A stretch of DNA of 64,000 nt from Callorhinchus milii. Taxonomy: Eukaryota. The number at the start of each line of letters is the position of its first letter. Position 1 is the first letter of the stretch. The stretch spans positions 63,428,001 to 63,492,000 of the forward strand of contig NW_024704743.1 in NCBI RefSeq assembly GCF_018977255.1, given 5' to 3'. Positions 44,879-57,100 of this stretch are shown here, in pieces. The position numbers and the translations under genes are program-made. The notes beneath the pieces are model-generated. The model ran no database searches and had not been told where the DNA came from. It was given only the letters and a program-made list of their open reading frames with translations.

Positions 44879-45389
44879 AGATAGCCATTGGCCGATTATA
44901 TCTGTGTCACAAATGTATCACATTTCCACAATCTGCAGACATTTTCTTTTAATTTCTTATCAATGTGACTTAAATGCTCTTTAAATGCACATTGATAGAA
45001 TTAATGAAATGCATTCTCTCACGTTTCATCTTTCATCACTCACATCCCTGAAAATCTGTGGCTCTGTGCTATACGTCATGTATATGTATACATATATAAA
45101 AATTATATACAGTAATTTCACCTGCACTATTGGTCAGTCAAACAAGGGTAACATCTATTCATGGACTGTGAAACTGATAATGCCTCTAAAATGTATATCC
45201 TAATTCACACTGGAGGCTTGGGGCTGGTATACACTTTCTCTCTCCAGTGTAAACTATCTCAATATGACGCCTGCAATAAATTCTCACCTTTTAGGACTCT
45301 GACTCAGAGCTGGTTTATTTTCATCTAAAGTTCAGCCACATTTTAAATGCCACAGTACATTACTGTATATTGTAAAGATGTATGTGCAA

Positions 45390-45710
45390 ACAGCAGGGTG
45401 GTCCTAGCTGGACAATAAGTGGGCAGCTTGCTGGGCAGTGCTTTCAATGGCAAGCTATGTATTTTTAGTTGGTTAGACTCCAGCAGTACCCTAACCCCTA
45501 CTGTGAAATCCCCAAGCTTTAGCTCTTTCCAACCTGGGCCTAAAATTCTCTGGAATTAAGTTAGAATAATGCATCCCTCCAGGGAGAGGAGGCATTCCAT
45601 TCCAGGCATGGAAATTGCCATGTGGAGGTGGAACTGTCTGTCTGGCTTGGATACTCTTAAACATGGTGATGGTTTCTGCATGCATCAGACATATAGGTGA
45701 CCAAAAAAGC
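45390..45710 (+). repeat. Family X 3' half, opposite orientation
   Basis: Ends ggatactcttaaacatggtgatggtttctgcatgcatcagacatataggtgaccaaaaaa. Confidence 0.8.
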
Positions 45711-47102
45711 AGCACATAATGGAATGTAATCTATCGTTATTTGTTTCACTACCCTCTTCCCATTTCCCCATCCATACACATATAGACTTTGGCTCTGAAA
45801 GGAGGAAAATCTGCCATGGGATGTGGTTAAAACGAGATGGCTTTCCTCAAATTAGGGACTATATTTCTCCAGGCACGGTTTTCTAAAATAGGTTGAAATC
45901 CTTTGCTAACCTCCTGATCTTTGCCAGAGGAATCCTACCTCTTGGAGTAAGAGGAAGTATGCTACTGCAAGCTTAGCGAGGCTATGTCTAGAAATCATTC
46001 TCTCTCTCTCCTGATGTGACCTTTTCAGCAGTAAGATCAGAAGTACAATCAACAGCATGAAATAAGATACAGCTTTAAGTTTCCAAAAAGGCTCAAATAA
46101 ATCAGAGTAGCATCCAGGCTGCAGCTGAGAATTGCACCCAGTGTTATCCAGTTCTGATGCACGATAATGTACATACGTAACCCTTTACAGTATGGACTTC
46201 TAAATCAGCATATCAAACTACATGCAGGTCAAAGGGAATTGCCACTGGCTTGAGTTGTGTCCAGGAGAAACTCTTGTCCCACTGCTCCAGGTTTTGTAAT
46301 TAATTTATTCAAGCAACATCCATAACCTGATGCACACCAAACCCCAACAATTTAACAAAATTGCTCATTAACTGTTATCTGCCCTTGAAGGCCAAATCCT
46401 CCAACACTTACACCCAAGTTCAGATGAGTCTTTAAACAAAGGTTTAGATAGATGTTGAAGATCCCATGGTAATACTCGAAAAGATGAAGGGAGATTCTGG
46501 CCAACTCCCAGGATCCTGGGCAACAATCCTCAGGTAAAATTGGGATCAATTTAGTGTTACATTTAATATTTAGGTCCAAAGTGAGGAACTAAAAGATGAA
46601 GGATTTGTTAAGTGGAACTGTGATGCAGTGTGCAGCTCAGGAAAGGTTATGAGGAAACATTAAGGAAATAGGCTGTGAGATGAGCAAAGGACTATGAAGG
46701 AGTTGAAAAGATTAATGTGAACATACAATTATATATGGCAAATATTCCAATGTCTGGAGAAACAAATTAAAATTGAGGTAGTTAGGTAAAAGAAGGAAAG
46801 TCAAGGTTTTTTTAAAATTAAAGGCAATAAATTAGCGAGGAAGTTCATTAATGCACACAGTTTAAATGGTTTTGAGAGGCAACACAAATATGTTTTCACA
46901 AGGAGAAAGCTTAAAGTATATGGGGAGTAGGACTGAGTTGTGAAATATCAGAAAGGGTCTAAAGGAATCATTTGTGTTGTGATAGATCTATTGGTAATTA
47001 TCCTACAAGACACACAGCCAGCACCCATGCATTTAATGATGTAAACATGATTATATCTAGATTGCTGTGTGACATGCATTCACATGTCCAGCCAGCACCC
47101 AC

Positions 47103-47187
47103 CTAAAGCAACCTTTAGTTTTTCCACAATCGTCGACTCGAACTTTTGCAAAAGGGTCCACAGGAGGAGGAGATGGGAAAGCATAAC
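47103..47187 (-). CDS. FRRS1L: FRRS1L exon 2 (85 nt)
   Basis: [35 protein letters not shown] acceptor, GTGGGT donor; phase 1 to 2. Confidence 0.96.
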
Positions 47188-47269
47188 CTGCAAGATACAA
47201 GTCATAACACAGAGATCAAACCCATCATGAACAAAGTATAGATATTCTATGAGAAAACAAAAAAGTAGG

Positions 47270-47975
47270 AAAACAGCAATAACAAATTACACTTGTATCG
47301 CTTCTTTCATGTCGGGAAGACGTCCAGGCGCTGGACATCAGGGATTTATACCTGAGCAGGAGTTGGGACCAGGGAGGGCAGAGAGATGCCCGAAGGCGCA
47401 GTCGAAGTTGACAGTCTTGAGACATGCCCTGAAGGAGGCGAGGGAGGGAGCAAGGGAAGGAAATGTTGGATGAATATGAAGGCCCAACCACCGATGATGG
47501 GGTGGGCAAGGCGGAGAATATGGAGCAGGCTAGAGCCTGCTGAGCGGAGGGAGTGGACAGGTTGATATGGGGTTAGCAGGTTAGTAGGAGGTGGCAAGGC
47601 CATGGAGGGCCTTGAAGGCAAGGATGAGGATTCTGAACTCTATCCCTCTGGGGGATGGGGAGCCAGTGGAACCAGATGAGGGTGGGGATGATAGGCTCAT
47701 GGAGATGGAGCCTGGTGCAAGAGAGTACACAAGTTGCAGAGTTCTGGATGATCTGCAGCTTGTGGAGGGAAGAGTTGGGAAGGCCATTAAGCAGGGAGTT
47801 GGCACAGTCAAGCCTAGATGTGATGAACGTGTGGATGAGGGTTTCGGCGGCCTCAGAAGTAAGGCAGTGGCGGAGCTGGGTGATGCTGCGGATGTGGGGG
47901 AGGCAGAGAGGGTCATGGCACGAATGTGGGGGAGAAAGGACAGTTGAGGGTCAAATAAGATGCCAAGGTTTACAC
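47270..47975 (-). mobile_element. L2 LINE 3' fragment
   Basis: Reverse complement of the L2 ORF2 C-terminus (IEFRILILAFKALHGLA) and tail. Confidence 0.88.
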
Positions 47976-48314
47976 ATCAAAATGGTACCACCTGAGCAAG
48001 TCAGGTGACTGGATAGCCTCTCCGGCCCAGGCAAGCCCAGCCTGAGCCTGGTCACCAAGGGCTCAAGGTAGATCCGTGTTCCAGCTTCTCTGCTTCTCCT
48101 CAGACCAGGGCCTGCTGTCATCCTGTTCCCAGCCAACGGAGCGGCAAAGGCATAGCCTTCCTGGCAGTATCTCTGATTCACACGAATAAATTATGGGGAG
48201 GTTCGGATTGTGGCGTCTCTACACAACCGAACCTCAAAGGGACAGCACCTGCAGGCTCATATCCCACAGTAACTATTATCAAAGATACTACATGTGATAG
48301 CCAAAAGATAAAAC

Positions 48315-48597
48315 CTTAGGTTTTCCTCCATACACCTCTGTTTATCTAGCAGTAAGTAAGAATCTGGTTGTTAGTCAATTGACAAATTGCTTTCTGTGGG
48401 TGACAATCCCTTCAAAGAAATAATAATTATTTGGCATTCAATTCACTGTTTGTGGGACGCTGCTGTGTGCAATTGGCTGCCGCGTTTTGCCCACAAAACA
48501 TACAGTCAATTCACTTTACAGTATATTCTATGAAACGCTTTGAGACGTCTCAATGATGTGATAAGGCGCTATATCAAATGCAAGGATTGTTATTATG
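48315..48597 (+). mobile_element. tRNA-derived SINE, 5'-truncated
   Basis: Colinear with 26095-26380. Confidence 0.85.
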
Positions 48598-49258
48598 AAT
48601 CAACCAGTGTTTCCTCTTCTGACTGCAGCTCATTCACCACTGCTGGAAAACGTCACGCGTGTGCGGAAGTTGGACGGGGTTTGGATTAAGACCTGATGTC
48701 CCACAAGAACCTGCCAAACCTCACCACTGACTCACAAGAAGAATGGACACTTGGACACTTACCAGAGGCTGGTCAATAGCCCTGGATAGCACCATTACAT
48801 CAACAGCACATTCAGGCCAGGAGGAGGGCAACTAGATGGGGGGGGGGGGGGGGGGATAAATATTACCGCACCTTTAGATATATAATTACCAATTTTACAT
48901 CCAGTAAATGTATGGATTATTATTTATTGCATCCTCTAAACCCCACCTATGAACAGACTTGAATGCGGAATGACAATTCAGTGGCACCAGCTCGAACCTT
49001 CACACAGAACCAATTCTTGCCTGGGATCCAGCTCACAGCCACCAAAATATCCAACCCTTTCAATTTACAGGCGCAAAAAAAATATCCCAGGCCCAACAGT
49101 GAGAAACCAGCCTGGAAATCCCACTCCCCACCGTACTGAAACCCTCCAACAGCAGCAGGAAACACCAGAGCTGCCCATCAACACAGGGGCCCCACCTGCA
49201 CTGGGGCTGAACACAGGCAACTCAATCAGACAGGGGGTGGGTGGCCTGCTCATCCATT

Positions 49259-49515
49259 AACACACACACACACACACACACACACTACATACATCCTACA
49301 CACACACACTACATACATGCTACACACACACACTACATACATCCTACACACACACACTATATACATCCCACACGCACACTACATACATCCCACACACTAC
49401 ATACATCCTACAAACACACTACATACATCCTACACACACACAGACTACATTCATCCTACACCCCCACACACACACTACATACATCCTACACCCACTACAC
49501 TACATACAACACCCA
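49259..49515. repeat. Minisatellite based on CACACTACATACATCCTA(CA)n
   Basis: About 10 imperfect tandem units, directly visible. Confidence 0.95.
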
Positions 49516-49586
49516 CTCTACACTGCCCCCCTCCCCCCCCCACATGCCCCCCCCCCCCCCCCCCAGTATGAAGGGTTTGCACAGAC

Positions 49587-49845
49587 CTTCGTCCCCCCAG
49601 TATCGCGTCTCGAAGTACTCTCCGGTGAAGCTGCTGTACGTGTCCTGGTGTTGGTGTTGGTGTTGGGGCTGAGGCTGAGGCTGAGGCTGGGACTGGGACT
49701 CGGGGCTGCGGCTCTCCTCCAGCCTCAGTCCGGGCTCCGCCGCCTCCTCCTCGGCCCCCGGGCTCCCGGGCAGCGGCTCCTCGGCCACAACACACCCCGC
49801 GGCGGCGGCCAACAGGAGGAGCGGGGCCAGGGGCAGCGGGGCCAT
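49587..49845 (-). CDS. FRRS1L: DOMON domain-containing protein FRRS1L (AMPA receptor biogenesis factor), exon 1 (259 nt)
   Basis: Signal-peptide-like [21 protein letters not shown], a low-complexity linker, then [19 protein letters not shown], resembling recalled SSYGTFAGEFYDLRYLSEE. Donor AAG|GTCTGT, phase 1 fits exon 2. Confidence 0.88.
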
Positions 49846-49860
49846 CCCGGGGGGGCAGGG
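49590..49860. promoter_or_regulatory. Small CpG-rich island over FRRS1L exon 1
   Basis: GC- and CpG-rich block bounded by simple repeats. Confidence 0.6.
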
Positions 49861-50047
49861 GGGCAGGGGGGGGGAGAGAGAGACAGGGGGGGGAGAGAGA
49901 AGGGGAGAGGGGGAGAGAGAGAGGGGGGAGAGAGGAGAGAGAGAAGGGGAGAGGGGGAGAGAGAGAGGGGGAGAGAGAAGGAGAGCGAGAAGGAGAGGGG
50001 GAGAGAGAGAAAGAGAGAGAGAGGGGGGAGGAGAGAGGAGGAGAGAA
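49846..50047. repeat. Polypurine (GA-rich) tract
   Basis: About 200 nt almost entirely G and A on the + strand, immediately upstream of the FRRS1L ATG. Confidence 0.95.
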
Positions 50048-50079
50048 GCAATAGGTCCTCAGCCGCCGCCAACACCCTC

Positions 50080-50632
50080 CTCTGTCTGTGTGTGTCTCTC
50101 TCTCTGTGTCTGTGTGTGTGTGTGTGTCTCTGTGTCTCTGTGTGTGTGTGTGTGTGTGTGTCTCTGTGTCTCTCTGTGTGTGTGTGTGTGTCTGTGTGTG
50201 TGTCTGTGTGTGTGTGTCTCTGTGTGTGTGTCTGTGTGTGTGTGTGTCTGTGTGTGTGTGTGTGTCTGTGTCTGTGTCTGTGTCTCTGTGTGTGTGTGTG
50301 TGTGTGTGTGTTGTGTGTGTGTGTGTGTGTGTCTCTGTGTGTCTCTGTGTGTGTGTGTCTGTGTGTGTGTGTGTCTCTGTGTCTCTCTGTGTGTGTGTGT
50401 GTGTCTGTGTGTGTGTCTGTGTGTGTGTGTGTGTGTGTGTGTCTGTGTGTGTGTCTGTGTGTGTGTGTTCTGTGTGTGTGTGTGTGTGTCTGTGTGTGTG
50501 TCTGTGTCTGTGTGTGTGTGTGTGTGTGTCTGTGTCTCTCTGTGTGTGTGTGTGTGTGTCTGTGTGTGTGTGTGTGTGTCTCTGTGTGTGTGTGTGTGTG
50601 TCTCTGTGTGTGTGTCTGTGTGTGTGTGTGTG
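50080..50632. repeat. Compound (TG)n/(TC)n microsatellite
   Basis: Directly visible; source of the spurious Cys-Val and His-Thr ORFs. Confidence 0.98.
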
Positions 50633-50721
50633 GCTGCTCTCAAGTCGCTCCTCCCTGGTTTAGTCTCTGTGGCTCCATCTTCATCTCCCCAACACACAGC
50701 AGCCACAGCTCAGTCATTGTG

Positions 50722-50915
50722 ACCCCCACACACCAACCCCTCACACACACACCCACACACACACCACCCCCTCACCCCCTCCCACACACACCCCCACCCC
50801 TCACACACCCCACCCCCTCACACACACCCCACCCCCACCCCTCCACACACACCCCCACCCCCTCACAGACACCCCCCCACCCCCCCTCACAGACACCCCC
50901 ACCCCCTCACAGACA
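50722..50915. repeat. C/A-rich low-complexity tandem repeat
   Basis: Repeated cacccctcacacacaccc units. Confidence 0.9.
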
Positions 50916-52019
50916 CTGTAACTGCTCCAAACATGGCAAGCAGACAGTGTGCATGACCCAGCCCCCAGGGCGCTGTACTGTCATAGCAAACTGCTCTCCT
51001 CATTCTCACTCAGCCACATTCTCACTCCCCTCACTATTTCGGGGAGCAATGTGGCCTCACTGTAATGTTTTGAATTGGATCAAAATGCATTTTAATTTAC
51101 TATCTATATATATATTTAATAATAACAAACAACCAATGGGTTACTCACGGGGGGGGGGGTGGAAGGGGGGTAAGCGGGAGCTAAACTGTCATCGACCACT
51201 CCTACAGTCACCTCTCCCTTCCCCCATTGCCCCTACTTAGCATCCGACCCCATTAGTGTAAATCACTCCGAGATGATATCTTACCGTAAGGGTGAACATA
51301 AATGCAAATTGTTATGAAAATGAGTGATCTTGTCGCGTCCTTTCAAACAGCTAAATGAACGTTGGTGTACACTATCAACCCGGAAAGACTGGGTTTGAGG
51401 CTACAATTAACTCATTGATTTAAACCTCTCACGAGCACATGTTCTAATTAGGTAAATTGCACCTAAATCCTCGACCAAAACAAGATATAAGTTTACTCTA
51501 TAGGCAGTGTTTAGAAACTCCCCTGAAATTTTCCTTCCTTTTCTCATTGATTGGTGCTCCATTTCATCTCTATGAAACTCTTTTTGAGACATTCACCCTG
51601 AATGAACATGACTTCAACTTGTTTTTGAAGTTTAATTTCATCAGAATCCGAATCGCAATTTGATTGCGCCATCTTCCCATTGGTCTCAGTTTTTGTGAGT
51701 TCTATTATACTCCTTTCTCCCTGGTGATCCATCACCTACTGGTAAGTAGTTATCAGGCCCTAATAATAATAATAATTGCATTTGATATAGTGCCTCTCAA
51801 AGTGCTTCACAGAGTGGCTGTATATTTTGTGGGGGAATGTGGTATCCAATTGTCCCAAAACAGTCGTGGATTAAGTAATCAAATTATTATTATTTAAAAA
51901 AAGTTCTTGAAGGGAAAAGCGATCCACCAATCGACTAACAACTCGGTTGTAATAATAATAGTCCTTAATAATATAATAATATATAATATAATAATAATCC
52001 GGTTATAATAATGGAATCC

Positions 52020-53800
52020 GCTGCGCGGTCACTCCCCCTCCAACTTCCACCCACCCCCCACCCCTTCCCTCCCACACTCCCTACCCATCCTCCCCTACAC
52101 ACCTTCAAACCCGTTTCCCCACCCTCTATCACCAAACTCATCCTGTCCCTGAAACCCACCACCTGCTCCCTTGACCCCATCCCCACTCCACATCTCCCAG
52201 CTCCACCTCCTTCCCCTACTTATCACAGACATCATCAACCTGTCCCTCTCCTCTGGCTCTATTCCCATTCCCTTAAAAACTGCCACCATCACTCCCACTT
52301 TGAAAAAACACTCCCTTGATGCGTCGCAGGTATCAAGCTACCGGCCCATCTCCAACCTCCCCTTCCTGTCCAAGGTCCTTGAAAGAGTTGTCGCCTCCCA
52401 ACTGCGCTCTTTCCTCTCCACCCATGCATTATTCGAACCCCTTCAGTCAGGTTTCCGTGCTGCCCATAGCACAGAAACTGCCCTGGTCAAGGTCACCAAT
52501 GACATCTTGATCATCTGCGACCGGGGCTCCCTCTGCCTCCTCGTCCTATCGGCAGCATTCAATACAGTCGACCACGCTATCCTACTCCACCGCTTGTCCT
52601 CCCACCTCAACCTTCAAGGCCCTGTCCTTGAGTGGTTTAGGTCGTACCTCTCCCACCGTCTTCATTTTATTTCCACGAACGGCTTTTCCTCCGGCCCCCG
52701 CACTGTCTCGTGCGGTGTCCCTCAGGGCTCTGTCCTCGGTCCCCTCCTCTTCACCCTCTATATGCTCCCCCTCGGTGACATCATCCGCAGACATGGGGTT
52801 AACTTCCACATGTATGCGGATGACACCCAACTCTACCTTTCCTCCTCTACCCTCAACTCCACGACCACCGATGTCCTGACAGCTGCCTGTCCGACATCGA
52901 GTCCTGGACGAGAGACAACTTTCTTCAGCTCAACGTGCGAAAAACCGAGGCCCTCCTGATTGGCTCACGTCAGCGCCTCCGCACCTCAGGCGCCGACACC
53001 ATCAGCATCCAAGGCTGCACTCTCCACCTCTCAAAGCCAGTCAGGAACCTCGGCGTTCTGTTCGACCCTGAGCTGTCCTTTCTCCCTCATATCCGCGCCA
53101 CAACTGGCACCGCCTTCCATCACCTCCGAAACATCGCCAGACTACGGCACTACCTCACCCCTCACGCTGCTGAAACCCTGGTCCACGCCTTTATCACCTC
53201 AAGGTTGGACTATGGGAACTCTCTCCTCGCCGGCCTTCCCGGCACCTCCCTCCACAAGCTGCAGGTCATTCAGAACTCTGCAGCTCGTGTACTGTCCCGC
53301 ACCAGGCTTCGGGACCACATCACTCCCACCCTCGCTCGCCTCCACTGGCTCCCCATCCCCCAGAGGATCGAATTCAAGATCCTCATCCTCACCTACAAGG
53401 CCATTCACGGCCTCGCTCCCACCTACCTCTCCGACGTACTATCCCCTTACTTACCTGCCCGTACCCTCCGTTCCTCTGGCTCCGGTCTGCTCCACATCTC
53501 CCGCCCCAACCGCCCTACCATCAGTGGCCGGGCCTTCAGCCTCTCAGCCCCGAGGCTCTGGAACTCCATCCCCCAGTGCCTTCGCTGCCTCCTCCCTTTC
53601 CTCCTTCAAGGCCGGTCTCAAGACCTTTCTCTTTGACCGTGCCTTCAGCTCCCCTCTCGACTCTCTACCCCCTCCTCGCTCCCTCCCTTCCCTCCCCTCA
53701 CCCTGACCATTTCCCCCTGCTCGGGTCCTGACCCAACTGTCCAGTGCCTTGGGATGTCCTCCCGACGTGAAAGGCGCTCTATAAATGGAATCTTGTTGTT
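52020..53800 (+). mobile_element. 5'-truncated L2-clade LINE with disrupted reverse transcriptase ORF2
   Basis: ORFs 52171-52959 and 52935-53636 carry [50 protein letters not shown] and LHWLP; frameshift near 52885; 3' tail ends in (TTG)n. Confidence 0.95.
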
Positions 53801-54103
53801 GTTGCATTTGATATAGCGCTTTTCACGTCTTATCGACGTCTCAAAGTGCTTCACAGAATAGACTGTAAAGTGAATTGACTATATCTGTGGACGAAATGTG
53901 GCAGCCAATTGCGCACAGCAGTGTCCCACAAACAGTCATGGATTGAAAATGAACAATTTATTATTGTTTTTGTTTTTTTGGAGGGATTATTATTAGGTGT
54001 GTGGAGTAAGGAAACTTGCCCAAGGTTTTGCCCTGCCGGGAATCGAACCCAGGTCTCTCGCTTGTGAGGCGAGTGCTCTAACCACTGAGCTACAGGACTC
54101 CAC
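53800..54103 (-). mobile_element. tRNA-derived SINE with internal deletion, tail to tail with the L2
   Basis: Head GGAGTCCTGTAGCTCAGTGGTTAGAGCACTCGCCTCACAAGCGAGAGACCTGGGTTCGATTCCCGG with intact A and B boxes. Confidence 0.9.
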
Positions 54104-57100
54104 AATTCCTGTAGTTTTAATCTGTAAACAAAATGTTCCTGGTTGCTTTAATACAAATGTAGAAAACATAGGTCAGCACTTGAATACAGTACTCATGTCA
54201 AGCTGACAACTCATGTTCAAATGAATTGAATTTACAAGACTGAGTTTTTTGATTATTTTATTTGTACAATTCCGTGCATAATCAGCATCGATCAGCACAC
54301 ATAAATAAACACTAACAGCAGCAATGTACCACAATGCAAATTTAGTAGGGTTGGTACAATATTTGATGCAGGAAACAATGAGCAGTGCTTGACATAACTT
54401 TTAATTCCTAATAAACAACTATAATCATAAAGCAGCATATGACTATCAACTTCAGTGGGAGGGCAGGAGAGAGAACAAGCATTTGCCTGATTTGAGAGTG
54501 AGAAATCTCATTCATAAATGCCACCACATAGATACAAATCAGCTTTTTTCACCCAATTATCAATCTACAAAATACAATCCACTGAACATTCATCAGTCAG
54601 TACAACTTTCATGATATACAAATCAACAAATGAAACATAAATGTTACCATCAGTATGTTACAAATTCTAGCTGAAAATGATTCAAGTACAACCCTAAAGA
54701 GCTTTTGTTTACAACAGAAAACATCCAACATATTAAGAGTCCAGGAAAATGGAAAATGTTAATGGATGTAGCACATTCAAAGTGCAGTATATACATCATG
54801 TTAGGACCTGTGCCTTTTTAAAATAAAACTCAAATATTTTGAGCAGAAATATTATCCTAGGTGTATTGAAATATTCAGTTGAATGAGGTTCCTTCATATG
54901 CCTTAACATTGTGCACACGGCAGTGAATTAAGTTCAATTAGTATAAATTGTAAATTCATTTCTTGCTTATTTGTAAATAGTAATAGTAAATAGTAAGAGA
55001 ACTTTAAAAGATAAATGATGGGTGCCTTATTAAAAGTGTAATGTTCCAAAGTTAAAACCAATACTGAGGATTCCCTTGATATTAGCAGTTAGCGGTTAAC
55101 TGCAATCCATTGAGCCCTACTTATTAAAAAAGGACAGAGAGTTATTCTCTTTTCTATCTAGTCATCAGACTGTTGAAGAGCACAAAATGGTAATTTCAGA
55201 GACAACCATAACTAAACTGTGCACATTTACTACTTCACATTAGCGCTAAAATCACAAAATTGGTCAAACTTCCTTGGTCAATGACTTAAAACCTTGTAAT
55301 AAATTTTAAGGATTTTTTACTGTAAATATTTTGCCAAAAACAAATCTTGCTTCTGTTGATGTTCTATGAACTCAGTTATTCAAATTTAAAAACAAGACTT
55401 CTAGTTAAATTACTATATTTAATGCTTATGTAATTTCTATTGTACAGCTGTTGATTACATTGCTTTATTCCCTTTTACTTAAAAAAATAAATACTGAAAA
55501 GGAAATTTTATTCAAAACCCTAGAACATTCCTTCAGACCTAATCGCCTCTTGTAGTCATTTTATGTTCCTTGAAGAATTACCATTTGTAATACAATTTTA
55601 GAAAAAATATCCAATATAATATTCGATAGAAAAGTGAAATCGTCCAAAAATCTTAAAAAATCTTGGATGGAGTATTATATTAAAGTTAAGAATTTGGGTT
55701 GGAATTAAGTCTCTCATTGACGTCTAAATGTCTGAATTTTGTTATCAATAAAAAAATTATGTAAGATTTATACTTGGCTATCTACATGGCAATAATCGTA
55801 TCAGTTAACACGGAGAGCACTGTATTTAATCTGCTCTATGAGCCAAAATACTCCATTCAGTAGAGCAAGTCATTTGACACTGTATACCTGAAACGTCGTA
55901 ATTTTTGCCCTAAAACCAATGTCTTAAAAATTTAGCATTGTGCAGAATTTTCTGAAAAATTCTTAAATTCAGTCTTGATTTGGAAGCTGGATTTCTTCCG
56001 TTCTATTTGGGCATTGTAGAAAACTGCCGTCTAAATGAAACATTGTCCAAAAATTTGCCTGATACAGTATTACATTTTAACAACAAGTTGTATTTATATA
56101 GCGCCTTTCACATCAGGAGGACAAGGCAATGGCTTTAAAACATATACCATTAGAAACTTTGGGCTTCAAGAGAGGTTACATTAATTTCAAAAGACATATA
56201 CAGTTGGATTTAGATCTTTGGAACATTAAGTTTCAGTGAGGGGCCCAGACTGAATTTTGCTGCACATTCATTATAAAGCAAAAATATTCTATGGTTCTTC
56301 AATTGAAAGAACGCTTGAAAGCTCATCATTAAACCATGTTATTCATTAGAGGTGGATCAATAATAATCCTTGCATTTGCAAGGAGCATGCTTTTCAGTGA
56401 TTCAATAATGTTTGAATAATAAGCCAATAAAGCAGGGATGAATCACTGCTCACACAGCCAGAAATAAGTTTGGGCCACTTATTCCTGCTTGCTTAATAAA
56501 ACCCCATGGTGCTGATCTTAAGTCTGCAGACCTGTGGGTGAAGTCAATCTTCAGAAATCTGTGGGAAAGAGGGAGGGGGGAAATCAGTCCTATACCTGTT
56601 TTTAAAGAATGCTTCAAGGCGCATTTTAACCATATTTTCCATCCATGTGTTATTGGATATTCTACATAACATTATGTAATTAGAAGACATTACATATTAC
56701 AATGCCCCCTCTCATCCCACACAGGTTTGAAAAATTACACATTCCCTGCCATTATAAAGTGTTACAAATCACACCAAGAATGAATGACAGGTTCTGTGGT
56801 ATAGTTGCTAGAGTAATCACAGTGCTTTTAATTTAGTCAGATCACGGGGGCACGCAAATATCACAGAAATTTGGAAGGAAGTTTAGCATGGAGATGGAAA
56901 CTCTTTGCTTGACACTGTACGTGCTAGAACATCTTCTGACATTGGGAAATTAAACTTTCAAGTGCCATTCATAATCCAGCCAACAACGCTTACAGATCGA
57001 ATCAATGCACTTTCTGGGTCGCTAAATTGTGGGACAAGAGGAGAAGGCACACAGAGAAGACATCAGAGCAGTTTGTCAGCACTGTGTGCTTTTTTTACAG

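Noticed and set aside
49259..49515. CRISPR-like repeat array
   Set aside because: Eukaryotic minisatellite without unique spacers.
49648..51240. 530-aa ORF and overlapping Cys-Val / His-Thr ORFs
   Set aside because: Translations of TG/TC and GA microsatellites, which contain no stop codons.
54030..54103. tRNA gene
   Set aside because: The tRNA-like head continues into a SINE body and tail and recurs near 26010 and 20600.
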